The position numbers and the translations under genes are program-made. A stretch of 64,000 nt of DNA from Cyanidioschyzon merolae. Taxonomy: Eukaryota. The notes beneath the pieces were generated by a model. It ran no database searches, had not been told where the DNA came from, and was given only the letters and a program-made list of their open reading frames with translations. The stretch lies in the NCBI GenBank assembly GCA_000091205.1, contig AP006494.2, one strand, 5' to 3'. Of the stretch, positions 32,791 to 45,611 are shown in pieces; position 1 is the first letter of the stretch; each line of letters starts with the position of its first letter.

Positions 32791-33381
32791 TTACACCCGC
32801 GGGGCCATAAACGCATCCGGCATTCGTTCCACGGTGTACTTGTGCTGCGCGATGTACATAATAGGCACACCGGGAATTTTCCGCAACCGTCGCCGCAAAT
32901 CCCGATCGCAGGTGGCGACGATGAATACACGATGGGCCATAACCCGCTCAACTATGCAATCATCTGCATAAGTCCCTTTGTGTGTGCACTTGAGGCGCTG
33001 CACCAGCGAAGCGTCTCTGACAATACGCAGTGCTACGCGGTACTTGCGTCCGAGCTTCTCGAGTTCTGCAACAACACAGTCCGTCACACAAGCTTTCGCG
33101 GGGGCAAACAGGCAATCCATTAGACCCTTTTGAAGATCGATTCGGTTCTGAATAGAAAAATTGATGAAGTTTGTGTCGATAAGCACTCGAAAGGGTGGCC
33201 CGAGCGCCGTGTTGTACTGAAAGAACAGCTCTGGAGGCACTGCGCCCAGGCGCTCCTCATCGCGAGGTCGCTGAACAAGTGGTGCCAGCTTTTCTTTAGA
33301 TTTTTCCTTCTGAATAATCCGCTCATCCTTTGGATTCAAAACTCTCGTAAAGCCGCTCTCGAGACGCCGCTTTCTGCCCAT
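32791..33381 (-). CDS. FCF1: rRNA-processing PIN-domain endonuclease FCF1/UTP24. The start is the Met of [11 protein letters not shown]; the ORF extends 28 codons further upstream.
   Basis: The translation contains [131 protein letters not shown], which matches the FCF1 family almost residue for residue. Confidence 0.88.
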   Translation of the reverse strand: MGRKRRLESGFTRVLNPKDERIIQKEKSKEKLAPLVQRPRDEERLGAVPPELFFQYNTALGPPFRVLIDTNFINFSIQNRIDLQKGLMDCLFAPAKACVTDCVVAELEKLGRKYRVALRIVRDASLVQRLKCTHKGTYADDCIVERVMAHRVFIVATCDRDLRRRLRKIPGVPIMYIAQHKYTVERMPDAFMAPRV

Positions 33382-34094
33382 GGAAGCGAACAGCGGACAC
33401 AGGTCCAAACCAAGGTTCGCTCGCTTGGAGCGCTCACCGGCGCGCTTGCAGCCTGTGGATCGCACATCGCACGCGTGTGTCGAGGCTGTGCATCCTTGTC
33501 GACGTGCGCGAGACCGAGCGGAGCACTTGTATGTCTATCGGTGGCGATTGAGGTGACCGCGAATCGGGTATCTTATGCCCATGTCAGAAGAGAGTCGAAC
33601 GTCTCCACTAGACTATCTCCGCGCAAGCGCTAAAGTTTGGGTATCTTCCGATTGACATGAACCGTAGCCCTTGCAGCGCATGCGTGCAAGGGCTACGGTT
33701 CATGTCAATCGGAAGATACCCAAACTTTAGCACGTGGATGCCCGATTTCAGGGAAAGCGCTACATCTGTCTCATTCCGATATCGGCGTAGATGGCAACTG
33801 CAATCCCGCATCGAATGGAATCTAGTCATTCGCATCGATGCAGGTGCATCGAGAACGGCATACCGCCTGCGGCATGCGATACATCCGCTGAGGCCGGAAC
33901 GTTGTCCACTGCCCAGGTGGCGCCGATGCCGGCGTGCCGAGCCGTCGCCATGAACGCTCGTCGCGTGCCAACGCAATATTGCGGATTCCAGGTTTGCAGC
34001 TCAGGTGCTGTGAGCCGTGCATCGTTTGCTTGAACAAACAGGTTCGAGGAAACCTGAGCTTGAAAAGAGACTTTTTGTAGAAACTTAGCACCGA

Positions 34095-35402
34095 GTGATA
34101 CGCAAACTTGACATGGCTTTCGCAATTTCGATCGGCTTCTCCGGCACCAAGATGCAGCGCAGCTCGGTGGCTAATTCACGGGCGAGCTCGCTGCGAACCC
34201 GGCGCTTGCACGCGTTCGCCGGGTTTCCGCTTGTTGGAGCTCGTGCATCTGAGTTCTCGGGGGCACATCCACTTGGTCGACGGCAAGCGCTGAGGAGCAT
34301 GGGGCAGCGTCATGGAATCCAGGGCCTCCAGTGCCGGAGCGCAGCGATAATCGTGAATCCTCCGTCGGGTGGACACGCCTCCATCGGTCTCTACCTCGCG
34401 CGGCAGCTGTTATCTCTTGATTTAGAAGTGTATCTGCTTGTGGCGGGCCAAGAAGACAAATACCGCTCCAAGCAGCCGAACAGCGCCCTCTTGGGTCTTC
34501 GCGAAGCGGAACCCCACGCAGCGTCTTTCCATATCTCGTTCGGTGACGCCGACGATCCCTCGATACTCATGAATATGGTCCAGACACGCCGCCCATCGGC
34601 GGGACCAATCGCAGCCTTCATAGATAATCGATCGCAGACGTTGGATGAGGCCCTTCTGCTGCATAAATTTGCCATGGGACTCAACGCGGAACGGTATCTC
34701 TACGTGAGCTCCTGCGGCATCTACGAGCCGGGTGACTACGCGCCATTCATCGAGACAGACCAGGTGAGGCAAAGCGCGGGTCAGGCGCAGGTGGAATCAC
34801 GTTTTTTGCGGGACAGTGTGATCCCATTTGCAGCCTTTCGTCCGATGTATATCATTGGCAAACACGCGGCGAAACTTGACTATACAAATTTCTTCCTCGA
34901 CCGAATCACGAGGAAACGACCCATACCTTTACCCGGAAAAGGCAATGCATTTGTCAGTCTGACGCATGCTGAGGATGTTGCCAGCATGCTTGCTTGTGCT
35001 GTACTAGCGCGACCGGACGAGGTGTCTGGCCAAGTATTCAACGCAGTGTCGCCGCGGTATGTGACGCTCAAGGGACTCGCAGAGATGTGTCACCGCGTCG
35101 TTCACGGCGACAAGTCGAAACCGGAGATCATCTATTACGATCCGGTGAAGCTTGGCATTGACCCCAAGGAGGCAACAGGTCTACCGTTCCGGGTTTCGTA
35201 TCCATTTATCGCAGATCCTGGCAAAGCGATGCGTTTGCTCGCTTGGCAGCCGCGTCACGACCGCACGCTGCAAAATGATCTGCAGGAAATGTACGAGGAG
35301 TATCTTGAACTCGGACTGCACGAGCGTCGCGTCGATTTAACCAACGATGATCGAATCGCGCGCAGTGTGGGAGCAGCTGCGAAAGCGGCCGCAGCGAAGT
35401 AA
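34095..35402 (+). CDS. CSP41-like chloroplast stem-loop-binding protein (NAD-dependent epimerase/dehydratase fold). The N-terminus is transit-peptide-like and the exact start is uncertain.
   Basis: CSP41-like blocks are present: IIVNPPSGGHASIGLYLARQLL, YLYVSSCGIYEPGDYAPFIE, FRPMYIIGKHAAKLDYTNFFLDRITRKRPIPLPGKGN and IIYYDPVKLGIDPKEA. Confidence 0.75.
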   Translation: MIRKLDMAFAISIGFSGTKMQRSSVANSRASSLRTRRLHAFAGFPLVGARASEFSGAHPLGRRQALRSMGQRHGIQGLQCRSAAIIVNPPSGGHASIGLYLARQLLSLDLEVYLLVAGQEDKYRSKQPNSALLGLREAEPHAASFHISFGDADDPSILMNMVQTRRPSAGPIAAFIDNRSQTLDEALLLHKFAMGLNAERYLYVSSCGIYEPGDYAPFIETDQVRQSAGQAQVESRFLRDSVIPFAAFRPMYIIGKHAAKLDYTNFFLDRITRKRPIPLPGKGNAFVSLTHAEDVASMLACAVLARPDEVSGQVFNAVSPRYVTLKGLAEMCHRVVHGDKSKPEIIYYDPVKLGIDPKEATGLPFRVSYPFIADPGKAMRLLAWQPRHDRTLQNDLQEMYEEYLELGLHERRVDLTNDDRIARSVGAAAKAAAAK

Positions 35403-35796
35403 GGGCGAAGACCCTAATGGGGTTTTAGAAAAGGAATTCTAAGCGAAGCGGCATGATTCCGGGCAGACGAGGATTTCGTGCGAGGCGGCTGCCGTATCCA
35501 AATATCTATGACATGTAATTCACCGGGGTCACCGAGCCGTATGAGATCCGCGAATCCGGCGGCACACGCGAAAGGATGCGTTGCACCGATCTATGCGAGG
35601 CTTGTAGTCGACACAGCAATCTCATGATGGAAACAACGAGCACCGCGCTTACTCATGCATCGTATGCACGCTCCCAAACCGGCAAGATTATCTTTCCAAT
35701 GAAGGACGCCGAAGACTGCGTATTCTACGGAGGCAACGTTGTTCGTGGACTCATTGCATTCTTAGCGACGACCGAGAATGCAGGTGTGATCCACAT

Positions 35797-35821
35797 CGTG
35801 TGTGTGTGTGTGTGTGTGTGT
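35797..35821. repeat. (GT)12 dinucleotide microsatellite
   Basis: The run gtgtgtgtgtgtgtgtgtgtgtg is visible. Confidence 0.9.
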
Positions 35822-37117
35822 CTCGGCAAGCCCCAAAGCCGCACGCATCAAGGGCTCCAACTGGAACTGCCAACGCTGGCTGGAGTTCGGGACCGTTCGC
35901 GCATCTGCTTTGTTCGCCATGCGTACGATTCGCTCTGTGTTCCATCGGATCCGTCGAGGTGCATGCACATTGCACAAGTTTGTGCGAACCACAAGGCATG
36001 CTGGTGCGAATGACCAGATGGCGCGAAACGCTGAAGATGAGAATTAGACACGCAAGAGGGAGATTATGGTGCTTTTAAATAAAGCGGTCTTCGGGTCTGG
36101 AAAGTACTCGATTCCGTGAGCTCTGGCTGGTACGATGCCGCCACCGAGGCGGTGTGCGCACATTTGGAAACGACGACGCGGGTGTGCTCCTGCCAGCGAC
36201 GCACGAGATCGAAACTAGTTGGTAGATAGTGTTCACAGACGTAAAGATATGCTCAGTAGTTTCGAACAATGGAATACTGTTATTGTTCATGAAATCTTCA
36301 GGAAAATCTTCTAGGCATTTGCATAGGGCGTTGCAGCCTTGCTGGATCGCTGCGCCGCAATCGTGCATAGACGCAACCAAGGATACACGACCTCTTCTCA
36401 TGGCTAGCAGTTTGTACTCATCGGAAATCCTCGGGATTTCAGCGCAGAGCCCAACTTGACTATGGAACGATTTCCTCGAAAGCTCGATCGACGGAAAGCC
36501 GCTGGATTCTCCATGTACAAAAAACATTGCCAGATGTTGATCGAAGCATTCACGCACTTTAACAGTTGTCGGCTACAACCAAACAACGCAGCTTATCGGT
36601 CATTTCCCACATATTCCAACTCACTGAGCTAGTTCGTGAATGCACGATTTTGCGTCCGTGGAATCGAAACTGTTGGCGAGTCAGGTGCGGAGTCATGCAC
36701 GCCTATCGACGATCATTCCCGTCAGCTATTTGGAGGTTCATATTCTCTCTCCGTGGGACCTCAAAAGTATCCCACGCCGCTCGATACATTGCACACAGCG
36801 TCGCAATGCATCATGATGCCGTCACTCCATTTGCCTGTGTGCCGCCTGGCGTCCATCGTACCCGATTCTCAATGATACTGAGCCTTTGAGAAACTGGGTA
36901 ACCTCATGTATTTCCCATTCAGGTCATTGACTCTGTCTTCTTGACTCGCATATGCGGGCACAGAAGTGAGATTCTTCAAACGTGGATCCACGCGCACCAC
37001 ATAGCCCTTCGCCTCACGAAACTTGAACTGTTGAAAATGGAAATCGATGCGCGACTCAGCCCTGGGTGTCAGAAAGTGCATGCATATTGATATCTCGACA
37101 CTCTTCATGGTATCTGT

Positions 37118-37456
37118 TCACTTCTGTTCATTGCTTCGCTTCAAATGTGGAACATTGAACGAGCTCCGCCAGTGATGCTGGCGAATTCGTACGAATGTTT
37201 CGTGGTTGCTCGCAACGACTGCCCGCAGACCACTGAGTAGGTGGTAACACAGAGTAAACAGGTAGCTACGATTACGGAATATGGCTTGACACACAGGGGT
37301 CACATCCAGTAGGAGCTTTTGGAAGCAGAGGGCGTGCTCAGATCCGAGGAGAAATTCTGCTTTGCATTGGAGAGTTCTGGTCAGGGAAACCACGTAGCGT
37401 AAACTGAAAGCGAGGAACTCATCACGTTCCGTCCATGCATTGGATGTGACGTCCAT
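37118..37456 (-). repeat. Member 2 of the unclassified protein-coding dispersed repeat family (see 25508..25792)
   Basis: See the alignment given for 25508..25792; the conserved core is LQCKA[ED]FL. Confidence 0.4.
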
Positions 37457-39426
37457 TGCTCCCAGGCCGAGAGCAACTCCATGAGCTTGGACGCTCTACA
37501 GCCCGTCTCGTTCTCGGTGCGACATCGCTTCTGGACTCGCTACCGACACAAGCGCATCCGCCTCAAGCTCTCCATTTGCCATCATGGACACACCACGAAT
37601 ATTTTAATACAGTCCCCAATTTTCGGGGCAAGCGAGGCTAGAACAGCCTCAAGGTATTTCTCGCGGAGCGCTTGATACTGACTCGCATTTGATGTTTGCG
37701 GTTGGTCTGATACCTTTCGGCACCTGCGATGAAGGTGCTCCGGTCGCCGGCGTGTCAGAGAAGTCGGGGACGCGGATGTACAAGTCCCGAATCCTGCGCT
37801 CAGGCTGTAATGCATCTGCTGGACGGAGTATCACTTGTGCTGTCGAATGAATTTTTATTCGAAAAGTATCGGGAGAATCTGGACATTGCCCGCCCTGTGT
37901 ACACAGCGCTTTCGAACAGTTGCTTTCCTGGATACGTCAGGGCGAAGGAAGCTATGTGATCCGTTATAGAATGAGAATTTACTCGATTCCGAATGGTCGC
38001 CTCCATTGTATACTGTCGAATATGCTCCCCGTTGATGAATTTTTTCAGATGACCATTAAAGTGTATTCAAACTAGTCTCTCGTGGACGAAGATTACTCTC
38101 TTCTGTCCCAGTCCGGGCTATTTGCAGGACGATGCTTCTCTCTATTTTGTGGTGATTCCTTCTCCTTCCCTTTGGTTCGCTTTCTTGTTTACCCTTGGCG
38201 TCGCATTCTTTTTGTCGCTAGGCTCTATATCAGTTTTTTCCAGGGGATGCACAGGCACTGGGTAGACGGTAAGATTAGAGGTCGCCTTTGCTGCGTATGG
38301 AACAGTCATCTATTGCGAAAGTACTTTTCGTCTCCTCCTCCGTGGCGAGCACGCCCACGGATGGAATGCGCTTTTCTGCTCGATCCTGCGCACGAGCAGA
38401 GGAGCAGCGCAACTATCATTGTCTAGTGAAGTTAGAGAACTACTTGTTGAGAACCGATCTGTCAAATAGCTTCGGCGCAAATGATTTGAACCAGCTATCT
38501 ATTGATCAGCCCGCGAAAAAGTCGCTTTTGACGACAACGAAGGCGTCTTGCGCACGACTTGACCATGCACCATAGGTTGGTTCGAAGCGCAGCTTAACAC
38601 CAATCACAGCGGCGAACCCCTTGACCGCTTATCAATGATGGGCAGTAACCTTGTGCTGCAAGAGGATAGAGAAACATGGGAAGGGGAAGTCATCAATCAT
38701 TTCCGCAAAGGATGAATCGTCGAGCGACCTCGTCCGTCTCGCGATTTTTCCGGGCCGCCGCACAGCTGAATCATTTCCTGGTCTGATCTTGTCATCCTTT
38801 TCGATTACTCCTACCTTCGACTTATGGTTAACCATGCATGAAAGCATACATGCAGGTTTACGATTCACCCAAAAGAAGTCTTATTGAGTGGGACGGAAAC
38901 TCATTCCTCCTACGATGCACGTTCCTGGTTCACAACAAAACTGATGGGATGTTCGTGAACATCGACGGCCTCCAAGAGAATCGTGGGTTCTTTGTCTATC
39001 CGCCGCTCCTCATTACCATTCGTATCAAAGGTGCAGAATTTTCACAACCTGTGATTTTTTGCTAGCGTTTCTAATAGAATATATGCAATGGAATTCATGG
39101 GCAAGAAGAAATTCTTGTTGATATAGATAGATACGTTCTGTTTCCGATGCAAGACGCTCAAGATGTAGTATTCGACAGGCGTGGTTCATCCACCTGCTTC
39201 CGGTAGCAGAACTGACTTGTACACTTTAGACCGTATTGTTCAAGCTCCCAGTGGCAGCTGAAAGCCTCTCCTCCACGGCTGTCCAATACAACGCACACAT
39301 TTCTGATACTGGATACCTGCGAGACAAACAAAACGAAAACAAAAAGGTCTTCCTGATACAGGTATTCCGAAATTCGCTTTCCTTTATACAGTAGACTGGA
39401 AGCGTTTCCCTGAGCATCGCCGAACG

Positions 39427-41416
39427 ATGTGGTCCATCGTGACCGGAAACCGTTTGTTTGGGGTGCTGTCTACAACGGGTACCAGGTTTCCGGCCGGGGC
39501 ATACCTCGCCAAGTCGAGCGCTGCAGCGCCGCAGATCTCTCGCGAAGGTTCACGCGGTACAATTCGTCGCTTTAGTAGTGATACTGACAAAGAAACGGGA
39601 GTCAAACAACCAAGTGACGACGAAACATCGCTAGAGTTTCCGCACGCCCTCAACGTACACTATGACGCGTTGAACGCGCCGCCGTCTCCAACGAAACAGC
39701 CGCTGTCGGTAGCGAACGACCCGCCGGCTTCGGCAGCGAAAGCAGCCGCCGCTGCTCTGGATGCACTGCTGAGCGAGACAGCGGCGGCTCCACTGCCAAA
39801 GACACCGACGCGCGAGTTGACTTTTCTGGAGTCTGTGGACTTGTTTTTCGATGAAGCCGCGAAGCTTACCACGGTATCGCCGGCCCTCTTGGGACATATC
39901 AAGGAATGCAACAACCTGCTTGAGTTCACGTTTCCTATTCTACGCACAAACGGACAGATTGAACTGATCAGAGGGTATCGAGCCCAGCACTCGCATCATC
40001 GTTTGCCTACAAAAGGCGGAATTCGGTATGACGTGCGCGTGTCGGAAGATGAGGTGAAGGCGCTGGCTGCGTTAATGACTTTCAAGTGCGCAACGGTAGA
40101 TGTTCCGTTCGGTGGCGCCAAAGGCGGCGTCGTCATCGATCGAACCAAATACGATGACATGGAACTGGAGCGCATCACGCGTCGCTTCACAGTGGAACTT
40201 ATCAAGCGCAACGCAATTGGGCCCGCGGTCGACGTTCCAGCGCCCGACTATGGAACCGGGCCGAGGGAAATGGGCTGGATGAAGGACACCTACGAGGCAT
40301 TCAATCCGAATGATATTGATCGTATTGCCTGCGTCACCGGGAAGCCAATAAACTTGGGCGGAATCCGCGGCCGCGATAACGCCACGGGCCTCGGTGTTTT
40401 CTTCGGAATCCGTGAGTTCCTCGCCCGCACAGATGTGGTCGAACGATACGGTATCCGGAAAGGACCAGGAATTGAGGGAAAAGATGTCGTGGTCCAGGGT
40501 CTGGGAAACGTCGGGTACTGGAGCTCGCGTTTCATGTGCGAGCTAGGCCGTGCCCGAATCGTGGCGATCGCAGAGCGTGACGGATTCCTCGTCTCCCGAT
40601 CGCCGAATGGCCTCGATCCGACTGACGTGAAGCGACATTTCGCGATGCACGGCCACTTGCGCGGCTACGAGGGTCCTCTGAACGTTGGCCAGGGCCAGGT
40701 GGAGTACGTTCCGGGGGATCCTTGCCAGGCGCTTGAACTCGAATGCGATATTCTCATTCCCGCGGCATTGGAAAGCGTCATCCATGGCGGAAATGCATCG
40801 CGGATCCAGGCGGCCGTCATTGCGGAAGCGGCCAACGGTCCTGTCACCTATGCAGCAGATCGCTATTTCAAAACGAGTCGCAAACTGGGTGTCGACTGCC
40901 CGCTCATCATTCCCGATTTGCTTCTGAACGCCGGAGGCGTAACAGTCTCCTACTTTGAGTGGGTGAAAAATCTTGGTCATCTTCGTTTCGGGAGAATGAC
41001 GCGCCGCGTAGAGGAAAAATCCATGCGAGCGATCGCGAACGTGTTGGAACGGCATGGCATGAAGCTGGAAGAGCGCGACCTCAAGGAGCTCGAGGCTGGT
41101 GCCGACGAGGCTACACTTGTTCGAAGTGGGCTCGAAGACACCATATGTGCTGCTGTCGAAGAGACTTGGAATACGGCAAGAGAAATGAACTGCGATCTGC
41201 GACTCGCAGCGTACTGCAATGCCATACGCAAGATCGCTTTAGATGTAAGTTGGTGGAGAACGCGGCTCCTCTGCTGTGCCCCGCAGATGTTTCAAAGCGA
41301 TCGGCAGCTTAGGAGCTGGTGGCAGTCAAGCCAAGTGCACAGAACAAAACTAACCAATGTGGGAACGGATGATTGCAACCCGGAATCAGTATGCTACCTC
41401 TGGAATTTTCCCGTAA
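39427..41416 (+). CDS. Glutamate dehydrogenase (animal GLUD-like), with a long N-terminal presequence. It has two exons: 39427..41244 and 41390..41416.
   Basis: GDH motifs are present: KGGIRYDVRVSEDEVKALAALMTFKCATVDVPFGGAKGGVVID and VDVPAPDYGTGPREMGWMKDTYEAF. The first exon ends at ...AIRKIALD, followed by GTAAGT at 41245. A CTAAC branch point lies at 41350 and an AG at 41388-41389. The second exon encodes YATSGIFP*, which matches the canonical C-terminus pattern YNEAGVTFT. Without splicing, the ORF would read through about 80 unrelated residues. Confidence 0.85.
41245..41389 (+). other. Spliceosomal intron (145 nt, phase 0) in the GDH gene
   Basis: The intron has a GTAAGT donor, a CTAAC branch point 34 nt upstream of the acceptor, and a CAG acceptor. 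Splicing restores the conserved GDH C-terminus. Confidence 0.65.
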
Positions 41417-42928
41417 ATTTCTTAGTAATCGTAAAAACGTGGCTCAAACCGAGAATTTGTTTACGGCGAAATTAGTTTCAATCCAGAAAACGTACGCTAC
41501 GGATGAAATTTTCCTCAAATATTTCGAAGAAGTCTTAAACAAGGCTCTGTTCTGGATATGGAGATAGACGTATTTTCAGCACACGGTGCATACGCAATCT
41601 TCTCGTATGGGGGCAACACACGCTCATGTTCATCGATGTGCTGCGTGCATCCGCGAGTGGCCTGGCTAACCCGCGCGCGAGAGAGAAAGCAACGCTGCGA
41701 ATTCGAATCAGAGCACCATGCGAGCCGCATTCGCCTATTCAAGAGACAGAGCGCGTTCATTGCAAGGTTGCCTATCATGTGTGCTGCTGTGCTACGGCGC
41801 AGGGATATGGGCCTACCCTATGGACCGGCTCTCCGGTGCTCGTAACAGTTGCGACGTGTTCGGTAAAATCCCGGGAGACGAGCATTTTCAGCGCATCGCA
41901 GCCTGGATTCCGTGCGACGCTCGCGACCCGCGGTGCGCTGCAGCGCTGCCCAGCGTGTCCCGGAAGAAAGTTTCTCGCTCTCCATAAGTCGATGCTTAAA
42001 AGCGCTGTCGAAACACCGTGAAGCTTGTGCTGACCAGGCAGAACCAGCTATGCTGCGCATCTGGAGGATTCCCGGATCGATCGACCTTCTTTCCCTTTCC
42101 GAAACTCAATACCAAATGTGTGTGCTCATGACAGTATATTTAGAACAGTCGAGGTTCAACTTTGTTTGTTTGCAACATTCGCGCAGCCTGGTTGATTCTG
42201 GTTCGAATGACCAATCCTTCTCCGTGAAAACAGGTGCACGAAATTGTATCGAACATCTCGGGTAGCGCAGCGATGGTGTAGACGCAGACTGACGCCACGA
42301 TACTTACCAGCCGCTCGTGGCTGCACTATCCCTTGAACCGTCGGCATCCAAAGCGTAGCCGCGGTGCATGCATACTGTCCTCAGGTTCGGGCTGTCCTGA
42401 ACGAAATCTGTACCTTCACAAGAAGCTCGCCCATCGTGACCCTGGGAAGGCGATTCGAACCGGATGCTGCAGGATGCACGACCACCGCCCGCTGCGGCGG
42501 CGTGAACCGATACAGCGATGCTTTCTTTATTCTGTAGAGGCAGATATGCTATCCACGTATCCCCGAGAGTGTGGTTGCCATTGGCATCTGGGCAAGCAGC
42601 CAAATTTCCACATCAGGTCCCGCCTCGACGCAAGCGTGCTTCGGGTTGGAACTCCAGATACCCCGCTCATCCACGCTTTCCGCGTCACGTCGTTCAGCAC
42701 ATGCTGCGCAGCGATGGGCACCGGCGCCAACAGGTGTCGACAGCGGCCTGCGCCTCAAATCGATCATGGAGATGGAGGCGACAAATGGGACAATCCGAAC
42801 CGGAAGTCGAGCGAGATGCGAGTCTGCAGCGGCATGGCGCGCGCGCGCAGATGCGATCAGGAATTCGAAAGACGATGTCTGCGGCTTTTTCTTGGCGCTT
42901 TCCGCAGCGTGATCGAGAATTGACGTCC

Positions 42929-44080
42929 ATGAACTCACAAGTAATGCACGGTACGAAAAGAGTTGGAGCTCCTCACGAAAATGGGTTCGAAGATATTGCA
43001 TTCGGAGAAACTTTCTCTCCTGAAATCAAAGAGAAAGGCGGCACGAGCGCAGTGATCGTCGGGCTTGACGGCAGCGAGCGTGGCGACACTAGGGTGCGTT
43101 CTCACGTACCTGCTATTTTTAAAGCGGAGGAAGCTGACCGTTATACGCTCTTCCCCATCAAGCATCCGAAGATTTTCGAATTTTATAAGAGGCACGTGGC
43201 ATCGTTTTGGACAGCAGAAGAGATTGATCTAGCGGCGGATATGGATCACTGGCGGAACCGTCTCACGGAGGCTGAGCGCTATTTCGTTTCACACGTGCTG
43301 GCGTTCTTTGCAGCTTCAGATGGAATCGTCCTTGAAAACCTCGCGGAGCGTTTCATGCGCGATGTTGAAATTCCTGAAGCTCGCTGCTTTTATGGATTTC
43401 AAATCGCTATGGAAAACATCCACTCGGAGACGTATAGTCTGCTCATCGATGCCTACGTGAAGGACCCAGAGGAGCGAACGCACCTCTTTCGTGCGATGGA
43501 GACGATGCCTTGCGTACGGCGCAAAGCATACTGGGCAATTCGGTGGATCGGCAGCGATGCTAGCTTCCAGGAGCGCCTGGTCGCCTTCGCGGCGGTGGAG
43601 GGTATCTTCTTCAGCGGTTCGTTCTGCGCCATCTTTTGGTTGAAGAAACGTGGACTGATGCCGGGTCTTACTTTTAGTAACGAACTCATCAGTCGCGACG
43701 AGGGTCTGCACTGTGATTTTGCTTGCCACCTCTACAGTATGCTGCCTGCAGAAGAGCGCGTCCCAGCGGAGCGTATCCACTCTATGATTCGAGACGCGGT
43801 CGAATGCGAGAAGGAATTCGTCTGCGACGCACTGCCAGTGAGCCTAATCGGCATGAATCAGCAACTGATGAGCGCATACATTGAGTTTGTCGCAGACCGC
43901 CTGCTGGTAGAGCTCGGATACGATCGTTTGTGGAACACACCCAACCCATTCGACTGGATGGAGCTTATCTCGCTCCAGGGAAAGACCAACTTTTTCGAAA
44001 AGAGAGTCGGTGAGTACCAGAAGGCCAACGTTACCACCAGCGCAACAGACAACGTCTTCGCGCTCGACATAGAATTTTGA
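42929..44080 (+). CDS. Ribonucleotide reductase small subunit (R2). The ORF opens at 42518; the likely start is MNSQ at 42929 or the Met at 42875.
   Basis: R2 iron-centre region motifs are present: [75 protein letters not shown] and [43 protein letters not shown]. The C-terminus reads ...NVFALDIEF. Confidence 0.88.
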   Translation: MNSQVMHGTKRVGAPHENGFEDIAFGETFSPEIKEKGGTSAVIVGLDGSERGDTRVRSHVPAIFKAEEADRYTLFPIKHPKIFEFYKRHVASFWTAEEIDLAADMDHWRNRLTEAERYFVSHVLAFFAASDGIVLENLAERFMRDVEIPEARCFYGFQIAMENIHSETYSLLIDAYVKDPEERTHLFRAMETMPCVRRKAYWAIRWIGSDASFQERLVAFAAVEGIFFSGSFCAIFWLKKRGLMPGLTFSNELISRDEGLHCDFACHLYSMLPAEERVPAERIHSMIRDAVECEKEFVCDALPVSLIGMNQQLMSAYIEFVADRLLVELGYDRLWNTPNPFDWMELISLQGKTNFFEKRVGEYQKANVTTSATDNVFALDIEF

Positions 44081-45611
44081 GCCCCACTGGTACCACATTC
44101 TAGAGGAAGCGCCCGTGAACCGATCTATCGAGCATTGACTCACCTACGAGCCTGCGATCGAGGCTTCGAACGGTACGACACTCGAGGGCGAACCATTCGA
44201 CTTTGGTCTGGTTCTATACTCGACGTTCGTTGTTGTAGAAACGGGCGGCGAACGCTCCTTCGCACCCAGAGCCCTTCTGAATGGTGCGTATCATGTACGA
44301 GATTTCGGATTTATGCGTCCATCTGCAAACATCTGCATCTTCTGTGCTACTCAGATAGAATCGACATCCAAGCGACACGCTTGTACCCCATGATAGGTGC
44401 AGTTCTCGAGCTAGCGACTGTTTCCAAAAATGAGTTCCGCTCCTCTGCCCAGCTTCTCGAGCTGTTGCCTCGTCCGTAAAACGCAGAATGAGTCAATGTT
44501 GCGTGTCCCCGAACGCATGTCACAATCGGCGTACGTCTGCGGAAACCAAGCACCCATGCAAGTCGGCAAGTTCCAAATATCGCTGCCGCCGCTGCGCGCA
44601 CCCGTTCGGGTGAGACTCGAAAAGCACGGAAACTCGTGTGCGGCTGAGAGGTTCGTTCCCTCGGTCAGCAGCGTCGTTTCTCCGCTGTGATGAGCGACGA
44701 AGCCGTCCCCCGATGAAGCGCTCTCAGAGAACCGCATGCCGCATATAGCGCCACATAGACGCGAAACCCACGGGAACGCCCCACGCTGGGCCCTGCGCAG
44801 TCGGCACTGTCGCGTGCGCAGCGCCGTTGCAGGCGCGAACGGAAGACTCGGCACGCACCGGGTCGCGTGAACGTACCGGTCGTGTTGAAGAAAAGTTCGG
44901 TATATGGGTAATAGATTAGCGCTCTGGAACGGAGTGGTGGTCGCTTCCCTGACTGCTGATCAATATCGCACGCCCGCAAGCTCCTTACCTATACTCTTCA
45001 TGCATTCCGCTGTTGAAATAATCGGCCTGTGGGATCAGCGGTGCGTCAAGCATCCAGCGCTGTAGTGAGCACGCACTCGCTATTGCCTGTTCATTCGTGC
45101 GCAGATCGGCAGCTTCGTGTTGCACTTGAAGGCTTCGGCGACTCGATGCGCTGCAACGCTGGATCGGAGGAACGCGTGCATGAATGTCGCTGCAGGAATC
45201 ATGCATACTGGACACTCCGGACATGCGGCAGTGTGTGCACGCGATCTTCCGATGCGCCAGCCAGCTACTGATCGCGCCTATAGCACGCGGACACGTATGC
45301 GCTAGCGTTCCGTGCAGAGCCATCCGTCCAGGCGCGCACGATCGCTATGCACCAATGAATGAGCGCTTTCTAACATTTCCGCACGCTCTGAACGTTTTTG
45401 TACAAGCGTTGGCGCGGGGACGGCTTATGCACTCGTTGAAGACCGGTCGCAATAGCACTGCGTTTCAAGAGGCGTGTCCACGGCCTGCGCAGCGAGAAGC
45501 TGCAGTTTGTTTGGTCAACAACTAGCACTCGCAGCGTGAGCCATTCAACGTGTACTGGCACCGAGCGAAAACGTCCACAACGATTGCAAAAGCTGCGTTA
45601 TATTTCACCCC

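Noticed and set aside
41245-41475. Read-through C-terminus of GDH (...VSWWRTRLLCCAPQ...) as real coding sequence
   Set aside because: It has no homology to GDH, whereas splicing at canonical signals yields the conserved C-terminus.
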